Source: Ylistrum balloti
Taxonomy: Eukaryota
Assembly: GCF_031769215.1 (NCBI RefSeq)
Contig: NW_026782484.1
Location: 744,001 to 808,000 of the forward strand
Direction of reading: 5' to 3'
Length of the DNA: 64,000 nt
In this document: positions 1-28,592 of the stretch, piece by piece
How the letters are laid out: each line of letters opens with the position of its first letter
How positions within the stretch are numbered: the stretch's first letter is position 1
Program-made: the position numbers and the translations under genes
The notes under the pieces: model-generated
Database searches by the model: none
What the model saw: only the letters and a program-made list of their open reading frames with translations
Told to the model about the DNA's origin: nothing

Positions 1-469
1 CTTAATGGTGTAGATTTAGACTGACAAAACACTGAAGTGCTTGACTGATTAGAGAGAATTAATTATAAACAGAAATAGACAGGGAGGAACTTTCCCACAC
101 TATCTTTACTGTTGTATAAATGTCAGATTCATCATTCATGTGAGGTGTCATTAGGTGACATAGACCTTATCAATCATTGTTACACAAGTTACCTGTTGTT
201 GTTTTACAGGTATATTGTTCTTCTCATTTCTAATAGATGTTTGGCCTCATTATAGTGATGATGGTTGACATCTTTAATTACAACACCTTGTAAGTAAGAT
301 GACTGCAGCCAACGTTTTTGTTTATTCATTCTAATTAAGGCTTTCTGAAGGTGAAGTATATAGAGTGAGATAAAGAGTCTGTTATATCATTCCATCCCTT
401 CACAGCAAAAGTCTGACATCTATTCTTCTGATGTCATTATATAGAGATATCACTAACATTATTAGTCTG

Positions 470-1040
470 GGGTCATTCATCCATATATCACATTTATCAC
501 AAGTGTACATTAAGTTAACATATGTATCACAGGTGTACATCAGGTAAATACATGTGTCACGGGTGAACAACACAGGTAAAGACAGGTATCACAGTGTACA
601 TCAGGTAAATACATGTGTCACGGGTGAACAACACAGGTAAAGACAGGTATCACAGTGTACATCAGGTAAACCCATATCACAGGTGAAGATCACAGGTAAA
701 GACAGGTATCACAGTGTACATCAGGTAAACACATATCACAGGTGAACATCACAGGTAAAGACAGGTATCACAGTGTACATCAGGTAAACACATATCACAG
801 GTGAACATCACAGGTAAAGACAGGTATCAAAGTGTATATCAGGTAAACACATATCACAGGTGAACATCACAGGTAAAGACAGGTATCACAGTGTACATCA
901 GGTAAACACATGTATCATAAGTGTACATCTAAACACAGGTATCACAGGTGTACATCACAGGTAAACACAGGTAACACAATGTACATCAAGTAAACACATA
1001 TCACAGGTGTAACACACGTTTTTGATTGGTGAACATCAGG
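470..1040. repeat. Minisatellite, composite unit of about 59 bp
   Basis: cacaggtaaagacaggtatcacagtgtacatcaggtaaacacatatcacaggtgaacat repeated. Confidence 0.9.
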
Positions 1041-1449
1041 TATGCTGTTTTCTATGATAAAAACACCCAAAACAAATTGATTTCATTGAATTTAATTTCA
1101 CATTTTCTTTTTTTATCTGGTTGACAAATTTATTTTCAATCAGTTTCAGTGGCTTTAATTTGTCTAGTTTGATCTCATATTTATCTGCTAGTTTGTGAAT
1201 CACACTTTAATTTAATGTTCAATTTATCAGACCCTCATTGAAAGCTTATTTGATATTGAAGAATTGGCTGAAATTAATGAGGTGTGGTTTGATGTCTTTT
1301 CCCTGTCTTGACTAGTGATTAGTGAGGAGATAACACATCGCAGGGTTTATTGAGAATGGGAGGTTTCATGTTTTAATCCTCCTTCATTTGTGTCACATTT
1401 TTCAAGAAGACTTGTTACAAATGTTGTATGGTATTGGTCTTTGTTGTAA

Positions 1450-2680
1450 AGGACTGTTATTTATCAATAACTGAATGTAGTAACATCCTGGTCGAAGAGG
1501 ACTGGTGCTTATTGGTAACTTTATGTGGTAACATCCCGGTTGTAGACAACTGGTGCTTATTGGTAACTTTATGTGGTAACATCCTGGTCGTAGACAACTG
1601 GTGCTTATTGGTAACTTTATGTGGTAACATCCCAGTTGTAAACAACTGGTGCTTATTGGTAACTTTATGTGGTAACATCCCGGTCGTAGACAACTGGTGC
1701 TTATTGATAACTTTTTGTGATAACATCCTGGGTGTAGAGGACTGGTGCTTATCGATAATTTTCTGTGGTAACATCCTGGTCGTAGAGGACGGGTGCTTAT
1801 TGATAATTCTTTGTGGTAACATCCTGGTCGTAGAGGACGGGTGCTTATTGATAATTGTTTGTGGTAACATCCTGGTCGTAGAGGACTTGTGCTTATTGGT
1901 AACTTTTTGTGATAACATCCTGGGTGTAGAGGACGGGTGCTTATCGATAATTTTTTGTGGTAACATCCTGGTCGTAGAGGACGGGTGCTTATTGATAGTT
2001 TTTTGTGGTAACATCCTGGTCGTAGAGGATTGGTGCTTATTTTTAACTTTTTGTGGTAACATCCCGGTCGTAGACAACTGGTGCTTATTGATAACTTTTT
2101 GTGATAACATCCTGGGTGTAGAGGACTGGTGCTTATCGATAATTTTTTGTGGTAACATCCTGGTCGTAGAGGACGGGTGCTTATTGATAATTCTTTGTGG
2201 TAACATCCTGGTCGTAGAGGACGGGTGCTTATTGATAATTGTTTGTGGTAACATCCTGGTCGTAGAGGACTTGTGCTTATTGGTAACTTTTTGTGATAAC
2301 ATCCTGGGTGTAGAGGACGGATGCTTATCGATAATTTTTTGTGGTAACATCCTGGTCGTAGAGGACGGGTGCTTATTGATAGTTTTTTGTGGTAACATCC
2401 TGGTCGTAGAGGATTGGTGCTTATTTTTAACTTTTTGTGGTAATATCCCAGTCATAGAAGACTGGTTCTTATTGGTAACTTTATGTGGTAACATCCCGGT
2501 TGTAGAGGATTGGTGCTTATTTCTAACTCTTTGTGGTAACATCCCGGTCATAGACGACTGGTTCTTATTGGTAACTTTTTGTGGTAACATCCTGGTCATA
2601 GAGGACTGGTGATTATTGGTAACTTTTTGTGATTATTACTCAGTCATAGATCACTCATACTTATTGATAACTTTATGTCG
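1450..2680. repeat. Minisatellite, 48-bp unit, with a 384-bp higher-order duplication
   Basis: ggtaacatcctggtcgtagaggacgggtgcttattgataattctttgt; explains ORFs 1428..2612 and 1457..2599. Confidence 0.95.
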
Positions 2681-3829
2681 GAGGTGCTTGGTTGTCTGTA
2701 GTGTGAACTTCTCCGATAAGTTTCTGATGACTACAACATATTAGTGTCATAGTTGAAGTTCTGAACATGAAACAGGAATAAAGGCTTTGTGTGCACATGT
2801 CTTGTCAGATTGTCTATTCCCCTTCCTTTGCAGTTATGCATTTTTGGAAGTTTTTTGTTTTTTATTTTTTTTCATTAGAGGTTAAAATTTGATTTATACC
2901 CATTGATAATAATTGGTTCATCTTTTTTTTTGTTTTACAAACATATTGTACAGAAACAACCTGGAGCAGCTGGTTATTGTAAAATCCTTTGATAATAAAT
3001 GCAAACAGCCAATTTTCATTTATTGCTCCAGCTTTAAAATATTACTTCTGGGTAACTAACTGTTAAATGTATGAATCCTCTTGGGTCTTTGTGAATTTTA
3101 TCAATTTTTTTTTTGGAGGGGAGTTTTTTGTTTTATGAAAAATTGATATCATGGCCTGTGGGCCTGAGGTACTATGCCGGACAGCTGCCATAGCAACACG
3201 GAACAACAAAAGTGCTCTGACCGTCAGCCATAACACCCAGCCTCCTCAGTCTGATGGTGATTACTGATAATGTCTCAAATCTGATTCCATTGCAGGCAGA
3301 TGCAGTTATAGAAAAAAAGATATGAAATAATAATGTCCAATGATATCATTAGATTCAGTTCATCTGGCAATTGAACATGGCCATCAAGAGCAGTGGTTAG
3401 GATTTGTCAGAGGGCGATTTCCGTATTGATGATTATCTTCTCATTGCATTTCGAGTGGTCTGGGCCAATTATTGAAAATATGTTAAACTTGTGTGTTATT
3501 TGATGATGGTCTGATCAGCTGCCACGGCATGTGACAGTAAGGCAGTAATTCAATCGCAAATAACTCATCGTGCCACACAATTTCCTCCGATCTGTAGAAG
3601 CATTATTCATAAAAGTCAAACACAGTGAACAACACCATAAAATTTCTGTTCAATGTCCTGCTCCCAGAGACTGTGGAGATTTATTTGTATTGTTGATACT
3701 TGTATAACATTTGAATTGGAATTGAAACGTTATCTTTGCTTTTCTATCAAAATATCTGCTTTTGATGTTTTAGGTAGCTTGAGTATTAACCTATCAGAAA
3801 ATATTCCATTGAATTGTTCTAGTGCTGAT

Positions 3830-5320
3830 TTAGAGGTTTTACCTCTATTTTTCAGTAGTCCCAACGTTTTACCTCTATTTTTGACTAGTCATAACGTTTT
3901 ACCTCTATTTTTCAGTAGTCCCAATGTTTTACCTCTATTTTTGACTAGTCATAACGTTTTACCTCTGTTTTTAACTAGCCACAATTTTTTCCCTCTGTTT
4001 TGACTAGCTACAACGTTTTATCTCTATTTTTGATTAGCAACAACACTTTAATTCTATTTTTAACTAGCCACAATGTTTTACCTCTATTTTTGATTAGCTC
4101 CAAGGTTTTACCTCTATTTTTGACTAGCCACAACATTTTACCTCTGATTTTGACTAGTCACAATGTTTTACCTCTGTTTTTAACTAGCCACAATGTTTTG
4201 CCTCAATTTTTGACTAGCCACAACATTTTACCTCTGTTTTTGACTAGCCACAACATTTTACCTCTGTTTTTGACTAGCCACAACGTTTTACCTCTATTTT
4301 TGACTGATCACAATGTTTTACCTCTATTTTTGACTAGCCACAACGTTTTACCTCTGTTTTTGACTAGCCACAACATTTTACCTCTGTTTTTGACTAGTCA
4401 CAACATTTTTACCTCTGTTTTTGACTAGTAACAACGTTTTACCTCTGTTTTTGACTAGTCACAACATTTTACCTCTGTTTTTGACTAGTAACAACATTTT
4501 ACCTCTGTTTTTGACTAGCCACAAGGTTTTACCTCTTATTTTGACTAGTAACAACGTTTTACCTCTGTTTTTGGCTAGTCACAACATTTTACCTCTGTTT
4601 TTGACTAGTCACAACGTTTTACCTCTATTTTTGGCTAGTCACAACGTTTTACCTCTATTTTTGACTAGTCAAAATGTTTTACCTCTATTTTTGACTAGTC
4701 ACAATGTTTTACCTCTATTTTTGACTAGCCACAATGTTTTACCTCTATTTTTGACTAGCCACAACGTTTTACCTCTGTTTTTGACTAGTCACAACATTTT
4801 TACCTCTATTTTTGGCTAGTCACAACGTTTTACCTCTATTTTTGGCTAGTCACAACATTTTACCTCTATTTTTGACTAGTCAAAATGTTTTACCTCTGGT
4901 TTTGGCTAGTCACAACGTTTTACCTCTGTTTTTGACTAATCACAACGTTTTACCTCTGTTTTTGGCTGGTCACAACATTTTACCTCTATTTTTGGCCAGT
5001 CACAATGTTTTACCTCTGGTTTTGGCTTGTCACAACATTTTACCTCTATTTTTGGCTAGTCACAACATTTTACCTCTGGTTTTGGCTCGTCACAACATTT
5101 TACCTCTATTTTTGGCTAGTCACAACATTTTACCTCTATTTTTGGCTAGTCACAACGTTTTACCTCTTATTTTGGCCAGTCACAATGTTTTACCTCTGGT
5201 TTTGGCTCGTCACAACGTTTTACCTCTGATTTTGGCTAGTCCCAACATTTTCCCTCTGTTTTTGACTAGCCACAACGTTTTACCTCTATTTTTGAGTAGC
5301 TCCAAGGTTTTACCTCTGTT
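3830..5320. repeat. Minisatellite, 30-bp unit
   Basis: ttttacctctgtttttgactagccacaacg; single-base slips shift the LPLFLTSHNV ORFs between frames. Confidence 0.95.
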
Positions 5321-5511
5321 TATGAATAGACTCAGCCCAAAGGTGTCTCCTGGTATTTGCTTTCACTAATTTTGCCACTGAGTTCAGGAATGCTATTAAA
5401 AAATAGGCATAGGTATAATTCATAACAAGTATATATATGTTTTACATGTATAGTTTATACTAGGTATATGTATAGTATAAAATTGGTATATGTATGATAT
5501 ACAATAAGCCA

Positions 5512-6915
5512 GAGTTTATATCAATGGTAAGACTGACCCTGGTCAGAGTTTATATCAATGGTAAGACTGACCCTGGTCAGAGTTTATATCAATGGTAAGA
5601 CTGACCCTGGCCTGAGTTTATATCAATGGTAAGACTGACCCTGGTCAGAGTTTATATCAATGGTAAGACTGACCCTGGTCAGAGTTTATATCAATGGTAA
5701 GACTGACCCTGGCCTGAGTTTATATCAATGGTAAGACTGACCCTGGTCAGAGTTTATATCAATGGTAAGACTGACCCTGGTCAGAGTTTATATCAATGGT
5801 AAGACTGACCCTGGTCAGAGTTTATATCAATGGTAAGACTGACCCTGGTCAGAGTTTATATCAATGGTAAGACTGACCCTGGTCAGAGTTTATATCAATG
5901 GTAAGACTGACCCTGGTCAGAGTTTATATCAATGGTAAGACTGACCCTGGCCTGAGTTTATATCAATGGTAAGACTGACCCTGGCCTGAGTTTATATCAA
6001 TGGTAAGACTGACCCTGGTCAGAGTTTATATCAATGGTAAGACTGACCCTGGCCTGAGTTTATATCAATGGTAAGACTGACCCTGGCCTGAGTTTATATC
6101 AATGGTAAGACTGACCCTGGCCAGAGTTTATATCAATGGTAAGACTGACCCTGGCCTGAGTTTATATCAATGGTAAGACTGACCCTGGCCAGAGTTTATA
6201 TCAATGGTAAGACTGACCCTGGTCAGAGTTTATATCAATGGTAAGACTGACCCTGGCCTGAGTTTATATCAATGGTAAGACTGACCCTGGCCAGAGTTTA
6301 TATCAATGGTAAGACTGACCCTGGTCAGAGTTTATATCAATGGTAAGACTGACCCTGGCCAGAGTTTATATCAATGGTAAGACTGACCCTGTACAGAGTT
6401 TATATCAATGGTAAGACTGACCCTGGCCTGAGTTTATATCAATGGTAAGACTGACCCTGCCCAGAGTTTATATCAATGGTGAGACTGACCCTGGTCAGAG
6501 TTTATATCAATGGTAAGACTGACCCTGGCCTGAGTTTATATCAATGGTAAGACTGACCCTGGCCTGGGTTTATATCAATGGTAAGACTGACCCTGGCCTG
6601 AGTTTATATCAATGGTAAGACTGACCCTGGTCAGAGTTTATATCAATGGTAAGACTGACCCTGGCCTGAGTTTATATTAATGGTAAGACTGACCCTGGCC
6701 TGAGTTTATATCAATGGTAAGACTGACCCTGGCCTGAGTTTATATCAATGGTAAGACTGACCCTGGCCTGAGTTTATATTAATGGTAAGACTGACCCTGG
6801 TCAGAGTTTATATTAATGGTAAGACTGACCCTGGCCTGAGTTTATATTAATGGTAAAACTGACCCTGGCCTGAGTTTATATCAATGGTAAGACTGACCCT
6901 GCCCAGAGTTTATAT
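5512..6915. repeat. Minisatellite, 34-bp unit, about 41 copies
   Basis: gagtttatatcaatggtaagactgaccctgg(tca/cct/cca). Confidence 0.97.
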
Positions 6916-7299
6916 TTTAATGGTCATGTCATAAAAGATCACTGTGGCTCAAACTTAATCCACTGACACACTTTTCTGGAGTGCATTCTATTTTGCAGTG
7001 AATGAGATTTAATGATTCTGAGATGGTGGTATGAAAAGTGATGTAGGTTACAGTGACTACTTATCTGATATAGGGCTGAGAGGCTATTCCTTCATAACAA
7101 TCAAATCTTTTTAAAAAGGGAATTCATTTGGATCAAAAAACTGATATTATTGTCCTGATTTAACAGTTTAGGGAGATATGATCTGATGGACTATTAAATA
7201 CAACCCAACCCCGTGGGACACCTTACCTGTCAGTGTAGAGATCAGTGATTATCAGTTCTCAGATAAAAAAAATATCTAATATTGAGATTACTGTTCACC

Positions 7300-7870
7300 A
7301 CTGGTCACCTCAGCTAACAGGTAGTGAAGCTGGCAAGTAATGGTCGTGTCACCTGACAGGTAGTGAACTGGAAAATAGTGGTCATGTCACCTGACAGGTA
7401 GTGAACCCGGCAAATAATGGTCTTGTTTCCTGACCGGTAGTGAACCTGGCAAGTAATGGTCATGTCACCTGACAGGTAGTGAACCTGGCAAGTAATGGTC
7501 ATGTCACCTGACAGGTAGCGAAGCTGGCAAGTAATAGTCATGTCACCTGACAGGTAGCGAACCTGGCAAGTAATAGTCATGTCACCTGACAGGTAGTGAA
7601 CCTGGCAAGTAATGGTCATGTCACCTGACCGGTAATGAACCTGGCAAGTAATGGTCATGTCACCTGACAGGTAGCGAACCTGGCAAGTAATGGTCATGTC
7701 ACCTGACCGGTAATGAACCTGGCAAGTAATGGTCATGTCACCTGACAGGTAGTGAACCTGGCAAGTAATGGTCATGTCACCTGACCGGTAATGAACCTGG
7801 CAAGTAATGGTCATGTCACCTGACAGGTAGTGAACCTGGCAAATACTGGTTATGTCACCTGACAAGTATA
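7300..7870. repeat. Minisatellite, 39-bp unit
   Basis: tggcaagtaatggtcatgtcacctgacaggtagtgaacc. Confidence 0.95.
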
Positions 7871-7939
7871 GTGAACAAGTAGTGGTATTGTTGCCTGAGA
7901 AATATCAGTTTATGATTCTGCATGAGATAGTGGCCTTCT

Positions 7940-8560
7940 TTGAGGTTGTTCCTCTGTGAGGTTGTGGTCTTCTATGAGGTTGTGGTCCTTGTGATATTGT
8001 GGTCCTCAATGAAGTTATGGTCCTGTGTAAGATTGTGGTCCTCTATGAGGCTGTGGTCCTCTGTATGGTTGTGGTCCTCATTGAAGTTGTAGTCCTCTGT
8101 GAGATGTGAGTTGTCTGTAAGGTTAAAGTCTTCTTTGAGGTTTTGGTCTCCTTGAGGTTATGGATCTCTGTAAGGTTGTAATCCTCTCTAAGGTTGTGAT
8201 TCTCTTTGAGGTTGTGATTCTCTTTGAGGTTGTGGTTCCCTTTGAGGTCGTAGTTGTCTGTGAGGTTGTAGTCCTCTTTGAGGTTGTGGCCCTTTGTGAG
8301 GTTGTGATCCTCTTTGAGGTTGTGGTCTTCTGTATGGTTGTGACCTTCTTTGAGGTTGTAGTCCTCTATGAGGTTATGGTACCCTGTGAGGTTGAAGTCC
8401 TCTGTAAGGTTGTGATCCTCTTTGAAGTTGTAGTTCTCTGTAAAGCTGTGATCTCCTTTGAGGTTGTAAATGTCTGTAAGGTTGTTGTCATCTTTGAGGT
8501 TGTGGCCCTCTGTGAGGTTGTGATCCTCTTTGAGGTTGTGGTGTTTTTTAAGTATCCTCT
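7940..8560. repeat. Degenerate minisatellite, 18-bp unit
   Basis: gaggttgtg(g/a)tcctcttt; source of the EVVVLF ORF. Confidence 0.9.
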
Positions 8561-11500
8561 ATTGTTAGGTTTTATGACTGTTGTTTCTTACCTGTGTCTG
8601 GCAGATCTTTGATACGTATGTACAGTAATCAGATGTTTACTACATCTGTACTCACCTGTTGTGTACCTGACAATTCATGTCTATTTTAGCTTTACTTCGT
8701 ATTTTAATCTGAAATGTTAATATGTGTTACATTTCCTGATGTCACTTACATGGCTTAGGGAGGGGGCTGTCAAGCTGGTATGCATGTGTGTCGTTCATTT
8801 TTTTCTGGGTGACCTTTTTCACCTGCTAACACAAGGTAAGTAAAAATTAAAGTCACCAGACCCTACCATCTTATCAGGCTTGAGTTTCCCGTGAGAAAAT
8901 TTGCTGGACCGTGTGACAGCAAACGTGCCTGTATGAGGTTGCTGTGGTGTTTATGGAGAGGTAGGGACTGACCTGAGGGCGTTAATGGACTAGTCTTGGG
9001 TCTTTTTCATATTCTGGGTCACTTCTTGCACTACACATCATAATGGTTGGTTCCATTTTGCTGTAGAGTCAATTGTCCAGAAAAGGAGTTGTCGAGAAAT
9101 GGGGTAGTGTGAAACAGGTCACTTTGTATAAGTGACAGTGCCTGTCAGCAATACACTCTATCATCGTAAGGCGATACTACCACTTTCTTCAGGCAACATC
9201 ATTAAATACCACTTATCATGCATTCAAACCATGAAGCAACAGGTAAACTGACTAATTTGGATATTTGGCAGATAAAAAAAAAAAGAAATCTATTTGTGAT
9301 GTTAAAACATTTATTGTGGTATATTAAGATCTGTGCATGAATCTTTTAAACATGTGTTGTGATGTGCACAAGTCATATTTATAACTTGGTGTGTGTAATA
9401 CACATACATCATTACCTCATGTTTTCATTTCAAGGTACATAAATCTTATGTAAGTAATAATTCTCGGCCTGATGACAACGTGGGATAAATTCATATCAAT
9501 TAAAGCTGGTGTCTATAGGTCATCTGACATACAGCAATAGGAAGGAATCTATTTATTATGTATAGACACACATATTGTATCAAGTTCATATTAAACTATA
9601 AACTTTATTTATTACACAACAGTTGCAAAGTGGCCAGTTATTCCAACACATTTTAATCACTTTTGTTGGCCTGGGTTGAAGCGAATTTGAGAAATTGTCG
9701 GGGAAACCAGAGTACCCGATGAAAATCTATGTGGTCAGGTAGGTGACCTCATGATTTTTCACATCAAGACTGAATTATCACTGCACCATCTACCATCTGT
9801 ATATTTTTACAGAGTTTAATTTAATTTTGCTGATCTATTGTCAAGGAAGTCATTTTTTGGTACTTGTGTGTAAAAATGATTCTCATTGCTGTCTTCCTGT
9901 CTGTTTGATGTGGCCCTGCAAAAGTCAGTTCTGATAGGAAGAAGGAACTTGGATGATATTTGATCACACATAAGATGTAACACTGGTGCTAGGTATACAG
10001 CAAATCGCCCAATAAATCATAACAGCATTACACTTTCAGCAAATTAAAATTGCTTTGTGAAATATGCTGTCGCAGCTCCAGTGATAAAACTTATAAAAAA
10101 GTAACATATTTGAAAATGAACATTCACTCTAAAATGTATGTTATTACAGAATGTTAAAGATAGGTTTTTTAGACACATCTATAGGATGCTCGGTGTCTAT
10201 AGCCATCACTGGGATAAGCTGCTGGCTAGCTGAATGCAATTTATAGCCTCGACCAAATTTTACACCAGAAAAAAAACCCAACAACACTCATATACCTCCA
10301 CAGAAAGGATATTAAATGTGTTTTGAAATTAGTTCCTGAAGTAGTTGATGTTGTTATTTTATAAATACATGTATATAAAATGTTGTGTTTTAATGACAAC
10401 TTGAAACTATTTCTTACAGATATTACTATGCTTCTTCTCTGTTTGGAAGAAAAATTACATCATCTACACTGTTCAATTTCTCTCCCTTCATCCATATTTT
10501 GAAGTTTCTTATATGCTAGATATTTTGCGAAAGGTGCTTAATTCCATGACGTAACAAAAAAGATGTTTAAATATTTTCAACTACTCTATGGAAGATATCA
10601 ATGTTGCAAAGATGATCAGACATATCTGAAAGGGTAAATGATTTCCGACATAATTCTAATACAGGAAGTTTGTAATTTAGTTTGATTTTCAGTACCACCA
10701 TAGACTTTCTATCGATATCTAAGCCCATGGGACACAATGTCTACGAGATCATGTTTCTCACATAATTTATCAAATAGACATTTAAAATACTTTTTTTCAC
10801 TTTTGAAAATTATATAAAAACAATTAATTAATTGAAAAGTTTATGAAATCTTTCATATGAAATAACACTGAGAAGTGTAGTTAGCTTTTCATAACAAATT
10901 CTGGCAGTAAGCTTAAACTCAGTTCATAAGGACGAGAAAATGATCAAGAGTGTGAAAGCTATATTGCTTAAAGCAATAAATTGCAGTCAGCAAACTACGT
11001 AGATGTGAACAAAGCAGTCGTTAGATTACATCATCCAATTTGTGCTAATAAAGATTAGTAATTATTTCAATATCGGCAACAGTTCTTATTAAATGTTCTG
11101 TCATAAGCATATACGCCTAATTATGACTTTGCAGCATATTGTGAAGAACATGTTTAAATGCTTGAGCAGCTAATAGGCCTATTTTTCATATTATCATGTT
11201 ATATCAGTCGTGTAAATCGAGTATACTGGTATTCTTTACATCCATGTGATAATTTTACTTGTATAAAATTGTGAGCAAGGATTTATCATCTCTTTCTCCA
11301 TTGAAATGAAACCTATTGTGTAGTTATTGTTGACTGCAGCTGGAAATTACAGATGCAATTGATTTATATTTTGACTGAATGAAAAGGTTTAAATCTTGGA
11401 TTTTGGATTTTGATACATATAATTCATATAAACAGATGTAATTGGAGGGAGTAATAAAAAAAAAACACAACTCCTAGCTACAGGGGTTTGAAAAAAGCTT

Positions 11501-14100
11501 ATAGGTAGAATTCTTCTTCCTAGTTTTCACCAGTACCTCCACTGATACTGATGATTCTGCTGAAGGAATAGTGACCCTTTGGTTTCTAGCCAGACACCCT
11601 ACCATTTACCTAAAGAGTAATTCCCACTTGTCAAAGCCAGAAAAGTGACCAACAGTACCCTTGACTTCTACAACTTCCAGTATCGGTAGAACTCTTTGAT
11701 CTAAAACATACATTTTGTATTTGAGAACTAATGATATGCAGTGCTTAAACAAGCTATGAACTGATGAAATGTTATTGGTCACTGTTGTGTAAAACATTTT
11801 AAAATAATAAAAAAAAGAACTGTCAATTGAATTAACAAGCAAATAAATGATCAGTTGTCTGTTACAATAACTAATCATTGATGTTGAAATCTCAACCCTG
11901 CCCGATGAACACAAGAAAATATTCAAGTTCAATACTTTACACTTTCATTGGCCTATGACCATGCACTTCATTGCCAAAGGTGTAGAGTTCAGAGTCTGCA
12001 CACTTAATTGGGCATGATCAGTTATTAATACCTTTCCAACCATACTCATCCTCCAAAATAATCATATTAAGATCTTAGGACCATGTGTATTGAACCTTCA
12101 TGTATATATATCAATGTGACCAATCACTAAAGATCATATTTAAGATTATATGCCATATTCCATATCGATATGCCACTTCCTGTATTCCTTTATTTCAATA
12201 CGCAGCATCTAAGTGTGTCCTGAACACTTTGATTTATGTTTTTGTTTTTGTTTGAATTATTGCCAAATCTCTATAAACAACATTTCAATTGATATTTCAA
12301 CTTGACAGTTCTTGGCTAGCTGAGTGATAGACCATTTACCAATAACGTTTATTTATGAGTCTGTAGCCTTCTGCCCACCAGGTGTACAAGGTAGTGAGTA
12401 GATTGACATAACAATAAAGTACCCCAGCACCAGATAACCAATGGTGTTTCCTTACTCTCTTTACTGCCTTGGTGTGTTATATTGAAAATGAATAGCAGTA
12501 TTGTCCATTTACACTTCTGACATTTATTTTGAATGAGTTCACAAACCTGTCTTTGATGGATGCTTAAAAAGTCAAGGGTGGAAGTAGGAAATTGTAGGAA
12601 CATCAATATCCTAGGAGTTAAGATTTTAAAGTGTTAACTACCAGTCAGGTGAATCAACAGGAAGAACAGGCCTCCTGAAGGATGCTGGACAAGGAGTACC
12701 CACAAACAGGATAATTATTGACATCATGTATAGAGGTCCTGTCATGTGTTTATCCCTTGGATATCAGTAATCTGTATTTCATCCTGGTCCACACTCTACT
12801 GTCTGTCCCACTGTCCATTTACTATACAGGCTGTGGGCAGGGCCTTGTGCCTCCCCTTGGTCCAGATAGTCTCATAGGGGTCTACTATAATACTCATAGT
12901 CATCCAAGACACTCCGATTTGGTGCTAACAATTCTGTGTAATGGATCAGCGATCAATTGGGTGGATTGATTTGCCAGGAGTTGGAGGAGAACTCATGCTG
13001 GGAGATTTCCTGGGGCACCTAGTTTGTTCTACCCTACAAGGAATTTATTTAATTCTTATATCATTGAAAATCAATATGTCGTACAAGAGAAAAATCCATA
13101 CCGTCCAGCGAATTGTAAAATCTTACCAGCAGGCCATCTTTAAGGACTAAAATCCATTATGGAATTCATACAATTTAACAAAAGAAAAAAAAGAAAGATG
13201 ATAGAAGTCCAGCTGATATCAACACTGCTTCTCTACCTTGTAATATACACATGTTATAAATGTGTAAATAAGTCTTCTTAGTAACAGCCTAAATAGGTAT
13301 CTTTGTACTACTGTATTCGTTTGAGCATAATATCCAAGTAAATATTCAACTCTTTGGTATGAAATTTGAGGCTCTACACTTAGCTGGTCGAAGACCAGAA
13401 AGCTACCTTTGTATTTCATGAAGCATTGTCTGTAATCAGGATCCATCCTTCCTTCTTTAGTCGATTTCTCAATATCACAAATCCTCTAAAATTTCAGATA
13501 GTGGACCTTAACTAGTGAGGTGTACAATCATATCAAGGCGATACTTCCACTATGGAATTGTGTAAGGTCCACAGATAGCCCCAAGTGACATTGTGGCTGT
13601 GCCACAGAGAGTCCCAAGCAAAATTGTGGCTGTGCCACATTTAAAATAGCTGATGTGGCCACACTCAGAAACTTTGTTACTGTTTTTTTTCCTGACCTGA
13701 AATTCATATCAAGACAAGAAGTTCACTTTGATGTTTTGTTTACAGATGGACCTTACTGAAATTTAAGCGTAAACTTGAATTGTTTGTTACCACTATATTG
13801 GCCTCATGAACAAGTGCTGTGGGCCAGTATAGTATGCTGGGATAAAACGTTACTAAATTTGTTCAAATGATTGACCTTAACCCAATCAATGTCACAGGTG
13901 TTAAATTTGTTATATTCTTTAAATGACTTCATTTCAATAAACGAGTGACCCAGGGTCACCTTCCCAATCACCCTCCATTTACTGCCTCTATATCCCCTCA
14001 CAAAATACATTATTTTGTTAATGTATTCAAGGTGTATGTATGGATAGTGGGCCTTCCACTGTGTCCCCACCCTGTTTACTAAGTTTGTTGTATATTTCAG

Positions 14101-28592
<14,492 letters not shown>

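Noticed and set aside
8895-8960. GPCDSKRACM as part of the missing DSL domain
   Set aside because: Cysteine spacing and the conserved G-x-K-x-C..GW motif do not match.
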